Source: Promethearchaeia archaeon (GTDB lineage Archaea > Asgardarchaeota > Lokiarchaeia > Sigyniarchaeales > SOKP01). Taken from it: 30,286 bases of DNA. A program made the position numbers and the translations under genes. Within the stretch, counting starts at the first letter, position 1; every line of letters begins with the position of its first letter. Of this stretch, positions 18,273 to 26,304 are shown piece by piece. The stretch covers positions 1 through 30,286 of the forward strand of contig JAWOCD010000108.1 in the NCBI GenBank assembly GCA_046483985.1. The letters are read 5' to 3'. A model generated the notes under the pieces. That model saw only the letters and a program-made list of their open reading frames with translations. It was not told where the DNA came from and ran no database searches.

Positions 18273-18454
18273 TTGAGTGCAACTGTTGGGGAGCAGATCG
18301 TCGTTGAAAAACAAAAGATATATCTATGGGCTTGTATGTTGGCGGTATGGCTGCAAATGCCGCTTCTGATAGGCAAAGAGTGGAGGTGTTTTTCGGAAGA
18401 ATACTTTTATCAAGAGAGAAGGTTGCAAATTTAAGGATTAAGAATTTAAAATAA
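18273..18454 (+). pseudogene. thi4: Frameshifted C-terminal remnant of Thi4-family thiazole synthase
   Basis: Joining two frames at the A-run near 18307-18311 gives LSATVGEQIVVEK/TKDISMGLYVGGMAANAASDRQRVEVFFGRILLSREKVANL. This aligns with the Thi4 C-terminus (GE-x2-VVENTKEVYPGLYVAGMAANA...RMGPIFGGMLLSGEKVA). Confidence 0.7.
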
Positions 18455-18520
18455 TGGAATCTTTTCCTTTTTTAATTTTTAAGCATAAGCTTTTTAGCAG
18501 AATTAATTATCCAATATTGT

Positions 18521-19291
18521 ATGAATATTGATTTATCTGAAAAAATTGTCTTAATTACTGGAGTGGGGGGCGGAATTGGAAATACGTTCTTGCATTATTT
18601 AATCAATAAAGCAAAAGTGATGGTATCTGCTAGTAGAACATCTGAAAAAGAAGTACTTCATGGGCTGAAAAAACCTGAATCCTATACACATTACTCCCTT
18701 GATTTATCGGAAGAAAAGAATGTGAAAGCTTTGATTCAAGATATTTACATGGAACATGGAAAATTAGATCTTTTTATTAATACTATTGGGGGCAGTTTGT
18801 TCTCCCATCGTTTAGAAAAATTTCCCATATCTGAATTTGAGCAAGTGCTTAAAATCAATTTGATCTCCGCATTCTTACTGACTAAAGAAGTGATATCCTT
18901 AATGAAATCAAATGGGGGGAATATTGTGCACATAGTCTCCTCATCTGCAAAAAATATTGCTTCTCCTAAAGCTCCTTATGGTATTGCAAAAGCAGCCCTT
19001 GCCAAATTAATCCAAGAAGCCGCGGTTGAACTTGCCGAATACGATATTAAGATAAACGGAATCTCTCCCACCTATGTGTTCACTCCGAGACATGAGGAGG
19101 AGATCCAAAAGAGAGTCCAAACTAATGAAACGACCGAAAAAGATCTTATCCGAAATATCCAAGATTCGCAGTTACTTAAGAAATCAATGTATCCTCAAGA
19201 TTTAATTCCAACGCTTGAATTGTTAATCAACACGAAAGTTATTACTGGTCAAATATATAATTGTACCTTGGGTGAAGTATTATCATATTAA
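18521..19291 (+). CDS. SDR-family NAD(P)-dependent oxidoreductase
   Basis: ITGVGGGIG glycine motif, IVHIVSS, catalytic YGIAK (YxxxK), INGISP, ITGQ. Confidence 0.9.
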   Translation: MNIDLSEKIVLITGVGGGIGNTFLHYLINKAKVMVSASRTSEKEVLHGLKKPESYTHYSLDLSEEKNVKALIQDIYMEHGKLDLFINTIGGSLFSHRLEKFPISEFEQVLKINLISAFLLTKEVISLMKSNGGNIVHIVSSSAKNIASPKAPYGIAKAALAKLIQEAAVELAEYDIKINGISPTYVFTPRHEEEIQKRVQTNETTEKDLIRNIQDSQLLKKSMYPQDLIPTLELLINTKVITGQIYNCTLGEVLSY

Positions 19292-19337
19292 GGTGCCTCG
19301 GAAACTCATTTATGAGAACAGTAGAAAACTTACTAAT

Positions 19338-19784
19338 TTAAATATCTGGAATTAAAATACCCTTTTCTTTTAGGTAATCAAATAATTCTTTAGTATTGAA
19401 CCAAATTATCTCTTTTGACTTTCTTAATTGTTTAAAATGAGCTTTGTTCCCGGACCAAATCGGGCAATTGAGAAACAAGGATGTGCTGACAAAAGCAACA
19501 TCGTTTTCATGTGAGATCATTGATCTCGCTTTTTCTGCGAATTGCACATATTTTTTCTGGGGAACTTCAATAATGTCGAATTTTGCAATGAGTTCATCAA
19601 TAACGGACTCGGAATACCCTAACTTACTCGTTAAATTCCGTGTTATTTCCGCCCAAAAAATATCTGGGGCAAAGAGTCGAATTTTATTTGAAAAAATGGA
19701 GAGATCAAGGATTTTTCTCTCTTTCCCCTCTTTATTATACATGGCAGAGAAAAAGATATTGGTATCTATTACAAGAGTTATCAT
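19338..19784 (-). CDS. PIN-domain toxin (VapC-like)
   Basis: LVIDTNIFFSA, EI, NDVAFV, PIWSGNKAHF. Confidence 0.88.
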   Translation of the reverse strand: MITLVIDTNIFFSAMYNKEGKERKILDLSIFSNKIRLFAPDIFWAEITRNLTSKLGYSESVIDELIAKFDIIEVPQKKYVQFAEKARSMISHENDVAFVSTSLFLNCPIWSGNKAHFKQLRKSKEIIWFNTKELFDYLKEKGILIPDI

Positions 19785-19794
19785 TTTTAAAAAT

Positions 19795-20052
19795 TTAAAG
19801 CAATCCTCGTTCTTGTAGAATTTCTTTTCTTATTTGTTCCCCTGATTCATTGATATCTTCCAGCGTAAGTCCTTTTTCCTTCAACTTGCTCTTAAAATCC
19901 TTGCTAAACCCATCAATATATTCCTTTTTCGCATAAAAAATCAGTTTTTTAATTAACTCATCCATGGATTTTGCTTCATAGAGTTGCTTTAATTTTTTTA
20001 GTTCACTTTTGGTTTTCTTCCTAACCGATATTGTCGTATAGGTCATAATCAC
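19795..20052 (-). CDS. Putative antitoxin (RHH/VapB-like)
   Basis: TTISVRKKTKSELKKLK...SMDELIKKLI ribbon-helix-helix pattern; 10 bp upstream of the PIN gene. The start is more likely ATG 20046. Confidence 0.8.
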   Translation of the reverse strand: MIMTYTTISVRKKTKSELKKLKQLYEAKSMDELIKKLIFYAKKEYIDGFSKDFKSKLKEKGLTLEDINESGEQIRKEILQERGLL

Positions 20053-20092
20053 TCTATAAATCTATAAATCTATAAATCTATTATTCTATTAA
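20053..20092. repeat. Five tandem 8-bp repeats TCTAT(A/T)A(A/T) upstream of antitoxin 1
   Basis: TCTATAAA x3, TCTATTAT, TCTATTAA. Confidence 0.75.
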
Positions 20093-20154
20093 TTAATAAA
20101 ATAATTATTAAATATATAGTTATCTGTGATTTCTAATAATTCGATGATCATCAT

Positions 20155-20289
20155 ATGGAAGAAAATGAGATTATTGAGATTCTCTCAGCAGAAGATTTAT
20201 TTACTCTAAAGCAAAAGAAGGGGGGATCAATATCTCTTTTCTCCCAATTAATAAATATACGGCGCAGAAAAAGAATGAGAATACATTAA
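20155..20289 (+). CDS. Possible 44-aa small protein or gene remnant
   Basis: MEENEIIEILSAEDLFTLKQKKGGSISLFSQLINIRRRKRMRIH fills the gap between the two TA modules; no recognised motif. Confidence 0.3.
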   Translation: MEENEIIEILSAEDLFTLKQKKGGSISLFSQLINIRRRKRMRIH

Positions 20290-20302
20290 AGCCAAATTTC
20301 AA

Positions 20303-20710
20303 TCAATAAGAAAGCACTTTAATGCCATTAATTTTCTCAAAATGGCGCTTATTTTTTGTAATTAATTTTTTAACCCCATTGGTTACCATGATTCCGGCTA
20401 TTAAAATATCGTTATCGTCAACAATTTGCCCTTTAGATTCTAAATCATCATAGATCTTTGCCGCCATTTTTGCTTCTTTAAACCCCAGAGGGAAAACTTC
20501 CATACTATTTATAAATTCCAACCAAGCGCTATAGAGCTTTTTATATCTTTGTTCAGAGATTTTACGCTTAGTCCGCTCAAAACCTATATTCATTTCATAA
20601 ACAGTTATGGAAGAAATATGGATTAAATCCTCTTGATCTTCAATCAATTTTTTAAGTTTTGAATTTCCGTTTAAATAATCGATGCAAGTAGAAGTATCTA
20701 AAAGAATCAT
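20303..20710 (-). CDS. vapC: VapC PIN-domain ribonuclease toxin
   Basis: MILLDTS, ISSITVYE, NDILIAG, LITKNKRHFEKI. Confidence 0.92.
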   Translation of the reverse strand: MILLDTSTCIDYLNGNSKLKKLIEDQEDLIHISSITVYEMNIGFERTKRKISEQRYKKLYSAWLEFINSMEVFPLGFKEAKMAAKIYDDLESKGQIVDDNDILIAGIMVTNGVKKLITKNKRHFEKINGIKVLSY

Positions 20711-20946
20711 CTTAAATCCTCTAAGTTAGGTTTATTCCATTGCCTTCCACTTCTATTTGTCAGATCATTCCAAATTTCTTTCCTTTCATTCTCTGAAAGA
20801 TCCCACGCTCCGAAAGATTTTTCAAGGGAAGTCTTCTGGTTCTTTAAGAGTCTTAAAAGTAAATCTGAGAAACTTTCGTTTTCGCGCTTGATTTTCAGGA
20901 GTTTTTTATACACATCTTCCTTTATACTAATATTTTTTGAAGCCAT
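20707..20946 (-). CDS. vapB: VapB antitoxin (archaeal DUF217 type)
   Basis: KNISIKEDVYKKLLKIKRENESFSDLLLRLL...FGAW; 4-bp ATGA overlap with vapC. Confidence 0.88.
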   Translation of the reverse strand: MASKNISIKEDVYKKLLKIKRENESFSDLLLRLLKNQKTSLEKSFGAWDLSENERKEIWNDLTNRSGRQWNKPNLEDLR

Positions 20947-20969
20947 ACATTATACATATACACATACAC
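20945..20969. repeat. Tandem 6-bp ATACA(T/C) repeats at the start of antitoxin 2
   Basis: ATACAT-T-ATACAT-ATACAC-ATACAC, between a TATA-like element and the ATG. Confidence 0.65.
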
Positions 20970-21053
20970 ATATTTATATTTTACGAAAATCTATAAAAAC
21001 ATGATTTTCTAAGTCGATTACAACTTATATTTACTGAGATATAATCTAATATT

Positions 21054-21377
21054 ATGGAAGTTATTGCAATGGGAAAGATGCGGGCATATTTGCAATCCCA
21101 TCTCTCCAATTTTAAAGATCCCGTCATCTTTATAAGTTCGGATTTTATCCCTGGATGCCCCAAGTGCGATAGTGGGGCCACCGTGTATTATATCAAACTT
21201 GTGGAACGAGATTCAGTTGATTCCGATCAAAACACTGAAAAAGTTGAAAAGCATAAGTTTCCCATAGATATTTTTATAAATTATCCCACGGTACAAGGAA
21301 GGCCCCAAAAAATCGTTATAGGAACCAAAAAAAGAAACGGAAAACTCCATATGATAATTCGCCGCTTAATTGAATAA
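21054..21377 (+). CDS. Hypothetical protein with a single CxxC
   Basis: 107-aa ORF containing GCPKCD; occupies the space between vapB and the flavoprotein gene. Confidence 0.55.
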   Translation: MEVIAMGKMRAYLQSHLSNFKDPVIFISSDFIPGCPKCDSGATVYYIKLVERDSVDSDQNTEKVEKHKFPIDIFINYPTVQGRPQKIVIGTKKRNGKLHMIIRRLIE

Positions 21378-21431
21378 GATTATTGAATATTGTTGCCATA
21401 AAAAGAAAAATCATTGCGTGTTATCTATAAT

Positions 21432-22229
21432 ATGAAAATTCTTGCCATCATTGGAAGTCCGAGAAAGAAAAATACTTTTTCCATAGTTGAACTCTTTGAG
21501 AAGCACCTTACGCGCGCAGAGGATATAGATTTTGAATATCTATTTCTTGATAATTTTGATCTCGACCTTTGCAAGGGATGTTTAAATTGCGTGAGGCTCG
21601 GCAAGGAATCATGCCCGCATAGCGAGATAGTTTCCGAGATCGTACAAAAAATCGAAATTGCCGACGGCATTATATTTTCTTCTCCTGTCTATATCGATAA
21701 TGTGACGGGTTTGATGAAAAATTTTTTAGACCATTTGGCTTATGTGGTTCATAGACCACAATTCTTAGATAAATATGCATTGGTGATCTCTACAACTATG
21801 GGCTCGGGACTTGATAAAGTATTAATGTATCTTGAAAAAACCGCAATTAAGTTAGGATTTTCTGTGGTGGGAAGGTTTGGTGCTCAGATACCGACTTTCA
21901 ATATAAAAGAGAGAAAAACAGAGATCAAACATTTGTCTAAAGAATTTATCACCTCAATTCGAGATAATAAATGGATAAAGCCGTCATTTTGGGCACTCTT
22001 GTATTTTAAGATCATGAGATTGCTTGTAAAAGATATACTCGGCACCGATTTTGAACAAGATTACCAATATTGGCGGCAAAAAGGATGGTTTGAGAGTGAT
22101 TACTTCAAGGAGGGTAATGTGGGTTGGTTCAGGAATATGCTTACAAATGTAATTACCTATTTCATAAAGAAAAAAATTGAAAAGGATCGAAAATCCTCAG
22201 AAAACATCGAACAAACTATTTTAGATTAA
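21432..22229 (+). CDS. Flavodoxin-like NADPH-dependent FMN reductase / iron-sulfur flavoprotein family
   Basis: MKILAIIGSPRKKNT, CKGCLNC-x6-CP, ADGIIFSSPVY, MKNFLD. Start moved from TTG 21414 to ATG 21432. Confidence 0.88.
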   Translation: MKILAIIGSPRKKNTFSIVELFEKHLTRAEDIDFEYLFLDNFDLDLCKGCLNCVRLGKESCPHSEIVSEIVQKIEIADGIIFSSPVYIDNVTGLMKNFLDHLAYVVHRPQFLDKYALVISTTMGSGLDKVLMYLEKTAIKLGFSVVGRFGAQIPTFNIKERKTEIKHLSKEFITSIRDNKWIKPSFWALLYFKIMRLLVKDILGTDFEQDYQYWRQKGWFESDYFKEGNVGWFRNMLTNVITYFIKKKIEKDRKSSENIEQTILD

Positions 22230-22315
22230 TTTTTAAATTTTGTTTTTTCTTTATAATATTTTTTATTATGATTCAAAGGGATTTTCTTTAATTCTTATGA
22301 AATACTATATACCTT

Positions 22316-22660
22316 ATGAAGGATAAAAAATTAATCAAACGCATCATAAAGAGTTTTCGAGCAATTCTTAAAGACATATTTGATACTTCAGAGCGAAGAG
22401 ATTTTGTTAAAATGATTTTTGAGCCAGAATGTGCAGAGGTGGTGACCCAAAGAATGAACGAATATTTTGATAGCCAAGAGGCACAACTTAGCTATAATGA
22501 GCATGAAATTGCCGTGATGAGAGATGGAGTTGATTATTTATTGGAAAACATTAGGACCTCCTCCGGTATAATGAAAATGCTTTTCTATACTGCATTGTTT
22601 TATGAAGATAATGCTCCTTGTGAATCAGAAATTAATGAACTTCTTAATAATCTGAATTAA
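22316..22660 (+). CDS. Hypothetical helical protein
   Basis: 114-aa ORF with an ATG start, non-overlapping, typical composition. Confidence 0.65.
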   Translation: MKDKKLIKRIIKSFRAILKDIFDTSERRDFVKMIFEPECAEVVTQRMNEYFDSQEAQLSYNEHEIAVMRDGVDYLLENIRTSSGIMKMLFYTALFYEDNAPCESEINELLNNLN

Positions 22661-22756
22661 TCTCTGGTCCTTAGAAGTATTTCCTTTTTCTTTGTTCTAG
22701 TAATCGTAAAATTGATATTCGAAAATTACAAATAAATTCGTAACTTTCTAACATAT

Positions 22757-23533
22757 ATGGAAAATCCACGAAAATACGGGCGATATTCCTATACTGTCGC
22801 CGTAATTCATGGAGGACCAGGTGCAAGTGGTGAAATGAAAGCCGTGGCTGAAAGGCTTTCTTCGAGCTGGGGCGTAATAGAGCCCCTCCAAACAAAACTT
22901 TCTTTACAAGGGCAAATCGATGAATTAAAAAGACAGCTTACTAATTCTGGAAATCCGCCGATTACATTAATTAGCTTTTCTTGGGGTGCGTGGCTCAGTC
23001 TCCTTACTGCTGCTGACTATCCCTCGCTCATTAAAAAGGTCATAATAATTGGGAGCGGGCCCTTTGAAGAAAACTATGCTGATAGGACCCTTCAGATCAG
23101 GTTGCAACGTTTAAGCCCAGAAGATCAAGCTGAGTTTAGGGCAGCGCTTAATACTCTCCAGGCTCTTTCGCATCAAGAAAATCATGCTTTTCAGAAGGTC
23201 GAGAACATCACAAGGAAAACCGACCAATATGATCCAATATCGGATGCTGACGAAGATATTATGTTTAGAAGGCAAGTTTACCAGGAGGTCTGGAGGGAGG
23301 CAGATATTCTCAGAAAATCTGGCAAACTCCTTGATCGAATAAAAGAGGTGAAATGTCCGGTGACTGCAATCCATGGGGAGTACGATCCTCATCCCGCTGA
23401 AGGCGTGAAAAAGCCCTTATCTCGGGTGATTGAGGACTTTCAATTCATTCCGCTTGAAAAATGCGGGCATAAACCGTGGATAGAAAAAAAAGCAAAAGCT
23501 AACTTCTTTAATATCCTTGAAAAACAGATATAA
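22757..23533 (+). CDS. Alpha/beta hydrolase (proline iminopeptidase-like HGGPG type)
   Basis: IHGGPG, SFSWG nucleophile elbow, HGEYD, CGHKPW. Confidence 0.9.
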   Translation: MENPRKYGRYSYTVAVIHGGPGASGEMKAVAERLSSSWGVIEPLQTKLSLQGQIDELKRQLTNSGNPPITLISFSWGAWLSLLTAADYPSLIKKVIIIGSGPFEENYADRTLQIRLQRLSPEDQAEFRAALNTLQALSHQENHAFQKVENITRKTDQYDPISDADEDIMFRRQVYQEVWREADILRKSGKLLDRIKEVKCPVTAIHGEYDPHPAEGVKKPLSRVIEDFQFIPLEKCGHKPWIEKKAKANFFNILEKQI

Positions 23534-23548
23534 TTGCTTATTAATCTA

Positions 23549-24346
23549 TTAATCTTTATCCTTCAGATATTTACATTGCCAAAGGAAATTTTCAATGATC
23601 TGCTTCCCTTCGGTCTTGGTTTTTGTCACTATCCTTTCCTCAAAATGACTTGCATGGAAATAGGTACCGGTATGGGTTTCGGGATGGAATTGTACTGCAT
23701 AGATAGGTCTAGTTTTATGGTGTAGATACTGAACTATTCTATAGCGATTATTATTAGAAACCGAGAGTATGTTAAAATGCTCATGAATTTTGATGTCATT
23801 AGGAGATAAAAAATCCCGGTGATGAGCATTCACAGGGAGGTTCTTTTTGGTAATAATCTCATCGGTCTCATCCAAGAGAATAAATACGATTCGTCCACCT
23901 AAACCTGGAACTCTCATACGATTCACATCAGCACCATAGGCAAAGCCAACGAGGTGATGGCCAAAACACACTCCCAAGATGGGAATGTCCTCATTAGTCC
24001 GGATAAATTCTAACTGGGGATCGTATCGCTTTTTGAGATGATTGTCGAAGTAGAGAGAGGATACGTTGTTAGACGAGCCACTTAAAATTACTCCAATGCT
24101 CTTTTTCGCTTCTTCTTTACTAAAGCGGGTATAATGCACTGTTTTAACGGCTAATTCAGCAATACTTCCCGTAATTATAGATTCAAATCTAGAAATTCGA
24201 TCGGTAGGAAACCCAAACGGATAGTTATCTACCAAATAAATATAATCTCTTTCCTCTTTATGGTTTTTTTCTTGTTCTTCTCCTTCTAGATCTTCTTTTT
24301 TTGGTGGTTCTTGACCCTCTTCTGTAAGGTTTTCTTTTTCATTCAT
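23549..24346 (-). CDS. Class I glutamine amidotransferase / gamma-glutamyl hydrolase-like protein
   Basis: VILSGS, PILGVCFGHH (catalytic Cys), AVQFHPE (His-Glu), IIENF; Glu-rich N-terminal tail. Confidence 0.88.
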   Translation of the reverse strand: MNEKENLTEEGQEPPKKEDLEGEEQEKNHKEERDYIYLVDNYPFGFPTDRISRFESIITGSIAELAVKTVHYTRFSKEEAKKSIGVILSGSSNNVSSLYFDNHLKKRYDPQLEFIRTNEDIPILGVCFGHHLVGFAYGADVNRMRVPGLGGRIVFILLDETDEIITKKNLPVNAHHRDFLSPNDIKIHEHFNILSVSNNNRYRIVQYLHHKTRPIYAVQFHPETHTGTYFHASHFEERIVTKTKTEGKQIIENFLWQCKYLKDKD

Positions 24347-24371
24347 TTTAGAATATGCACCTCGACGAGTT

Positions 24372-24716
24372 TTAGGTATATTTGTTTATCAGTCTGTCAG
24401 ACGGGTAATATGTATACGCATCAACAAGTTCTCCTTCTCTTGTTTTTACTTTTACCGCTATTCTATGGTATAAATTACCTTCTCCCTCGACAATATCAAT
24501 TTTCGTCATTAGTTCCTCGTCTAACCCGTAATAGACTTCTCCTTCGACTTTTGACCCTTCATCTTCTACGATAAACGGAAAACCGAGTTCCTCTGGTTTT
24601 ACTTTTTTATAGTCCAACAATAACCCAACGTCAAATGGTAAATCTTTTAAGATATAGTTTCTGCTTTCACCCTTTCGGAGGGTTCCATAAACAAAAAGAT
24701 TATGGGTTTCTGACAT
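24372..24716 (-). CDS. Gamma-glutamylcyclotransferase (GGCT/AIG2-like)
   Basis: LFVYGTLRKG, VEGEVY, IDIVEG, LYHR, AYTY. Confidence 0.92.
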   Translation of the reverse strand: MSETHNLFVYGTLRKGESRNYILKDLPFDVGLLLDYKKVKPEELGFPFIVEDEGSKVEGEVYYGLDEELMTKIDIVEGEGNLYHRIAVKVKTREGELVDAYTYYPSDRLINKYT

Positions 24717-24754
24717 TTTTTTATTTTTAATAATGTGGTTTTTAATTTCTATTT

Positions 24755-26230
24755 TTATATATTAAACAGATCGAAACCGCTAAAAAGGCGATCCGCAAGG
24801 GATTCTGCTTCGCTAAAGGTACTGATTATTTTATCTTTTTCAATTAGAGGAATTTTTACCCCTTGAACTTGAAGGCTGTTAATTACTTTTAATCCGCTAA
24901 ACTCCGCTACTATCCCATCCTCCTCTTTATAATCCATATGAAACTCTGCTGTGAGTTTTCCCCTTATTCTGGCGCCAGCTGATACCTTATATTGGTTTCC
25001 TCTCTTATCCGATATAAGTCTTGTTTCCCCAATCCGTACTGTAACATAAGTTTTTCCTTGTTGGCGTATTTTTTCAATTTTACGGGTTTGATAATTAACA
25101 TCCAAGGCAGAAATATGTTGTTCTCGTTGTAATTTACCTGTAGGGAGATATTTTATTTTAATTCCGAGATAATCTTGGTATTGGGAAGTCTGATCAACCC
25201 AATTAGTGAGACTTTCGCTCAAACTATCTTTTCCTCCATTCTCTCTTTTAAATGTCGAATCTCTTCCGTGTGCAATTGCAGTTTCTACATTGTCTTGATG
25301 ATAAGGATCCAATAATATTTCTCCCGTCTGATTTAAGTATAAGGCATGGAGGGCTGATACACAACATAAATATGCAATATCAAGGACATCCTCGATCTTA
25401 TGCTGTGCATCAATAATTCTTACCTCTACTCGATTTCGAGTGGGGGACTCATCTTTATCATCCCCAATATTGGTAAAAGGTCCGCGCGGAGTGATATCTA
25501 CTAAGCGGTCTCCACTGGAGTTGGTAATTACCTTCTTTGAGAATTCATCGTCAGTGGTTGAACCGATCTTTAATTGATATCTCATTCTCCCGTAGTATCT
25601 CATGGGGACGAGCGCCGGACGATTTTCGGGCACCTTAATTTTTGCGGGGTCATTTCTCTTAAGGACCGTGCTATTGGCGCATCGATTACTCGCAATATTA
25701 TTTATTTTTCCCTCATATATAGGAGAATTTGCCGTGATCGCTATTAGTTCAGGAAGATAATTCCAAAGATAATTATTAACCGCTTTTAATTCTCCTGGTT
25801 TCATTAAGTTACCTTTTTTCTGTACGGATACATTTATATGCGTACCTACAATCGGATGAGGGTCACTCTGAATGGGATGGAGACTCTGTGCAAAAAGTTT
25901 GACTCCTAATTGGTCGGCAGCATCTTGAAGCAATTTTCTTCCCGCTTTCGTAGCTTCTTCCAAGTCTATTGGAGATAAAGGAAGTGTCACGTATTCAATT
26001 TGGGCGGGATTGGGCTCCGCATCAAGCCCACGAATTTGTACTTGGAGCGTATCCAATAAATCTGGTCTATTTTCAAGAATCTGGGCAGCAGTTTTCATTA
26101 ATTCATCGGCAGCCTCTACTAAGGAACCATCCCCGTTCACCAAAAGAAATTCTTCCTCAATTCCGCATAATACTTGGTATTTTTCGTAAAACTTCTGGTC
26201 AATTTCTTTAGTTTTATTATGAAAAAACAT
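24755..26230 (-). CDS. Glutamate-cysteine ligase family (GCS2/YbdK-like) carboxylate-amine ligase with C-terminal extension
   Basis: GIEEEFLLV, E-x4-QIE, HP, GTHINV, LPELIAITANSP, ASNR, DITPR, RVEVRIID. Confidence 0.85.
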   Translation of the reverse strand: MFFHNKTKEIDQKFYEKYQVLCGIEEEFLLVNGDGSLVEAADELMKTAAQILENRPDLLDTLQVQIRGLDAEPNPAQIEYVTLPLSPIDLEEATKAGRKLLQDAADQLGVKLFAQSLHPIQSDPHPIVGTHINVSVQKKGNLMKPGELKAVNNYLWNYLPELIAITANSPIYEGKINNIASNRCANSTVLKRNDPAKIKVPENRPALVPMRYYGRMRYQLKIGSTTDDEFSKKVITNSSGDRLVDITPRGPFTNIGDDKDESPTRNRVEVRIIDAQHKIEDVLDIAYLCCVSALHALYLNQTGEILLDPYHQDNVETAIAHGRDSTFKRENGGKDSLSESLTNWVDQTSQYQDYLGIKIKYLPTGKLQREQHISALDVNYQTRKIEKIRQQGKTYVTVRIGETRLISDKRGNQYKVSAGARIRGKLTAEFHMDYKEEDGIVAEFSGLKVINSLQVQGVKIPLIEKDKIISTFSEAESLADRLFSGFDLFNI

Positions 26231-26304
26231 TTAATCTCTTTCTTTTTCTTTATATTGGTTTACTGGTTATGAATTTAAAAAATTTCCTTACTAAAATAAA
26301 TGAC

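Noticed and set aside
18407-18430. TTATCAAGAGAG resembles the start of a SAM-I riboswitch
   Set aside because: The downstream conserved elements (GGAGGGA, GCAACC, GGTGC) are absent, and the sequence is explained as the Thi4 remnant.
18231-18434. 67-aa track ORF as a real gene
   Set aside because: It is a chimera of AT-rich intergenic DNA and an out-of-frame reading of the Thi4 remnant.
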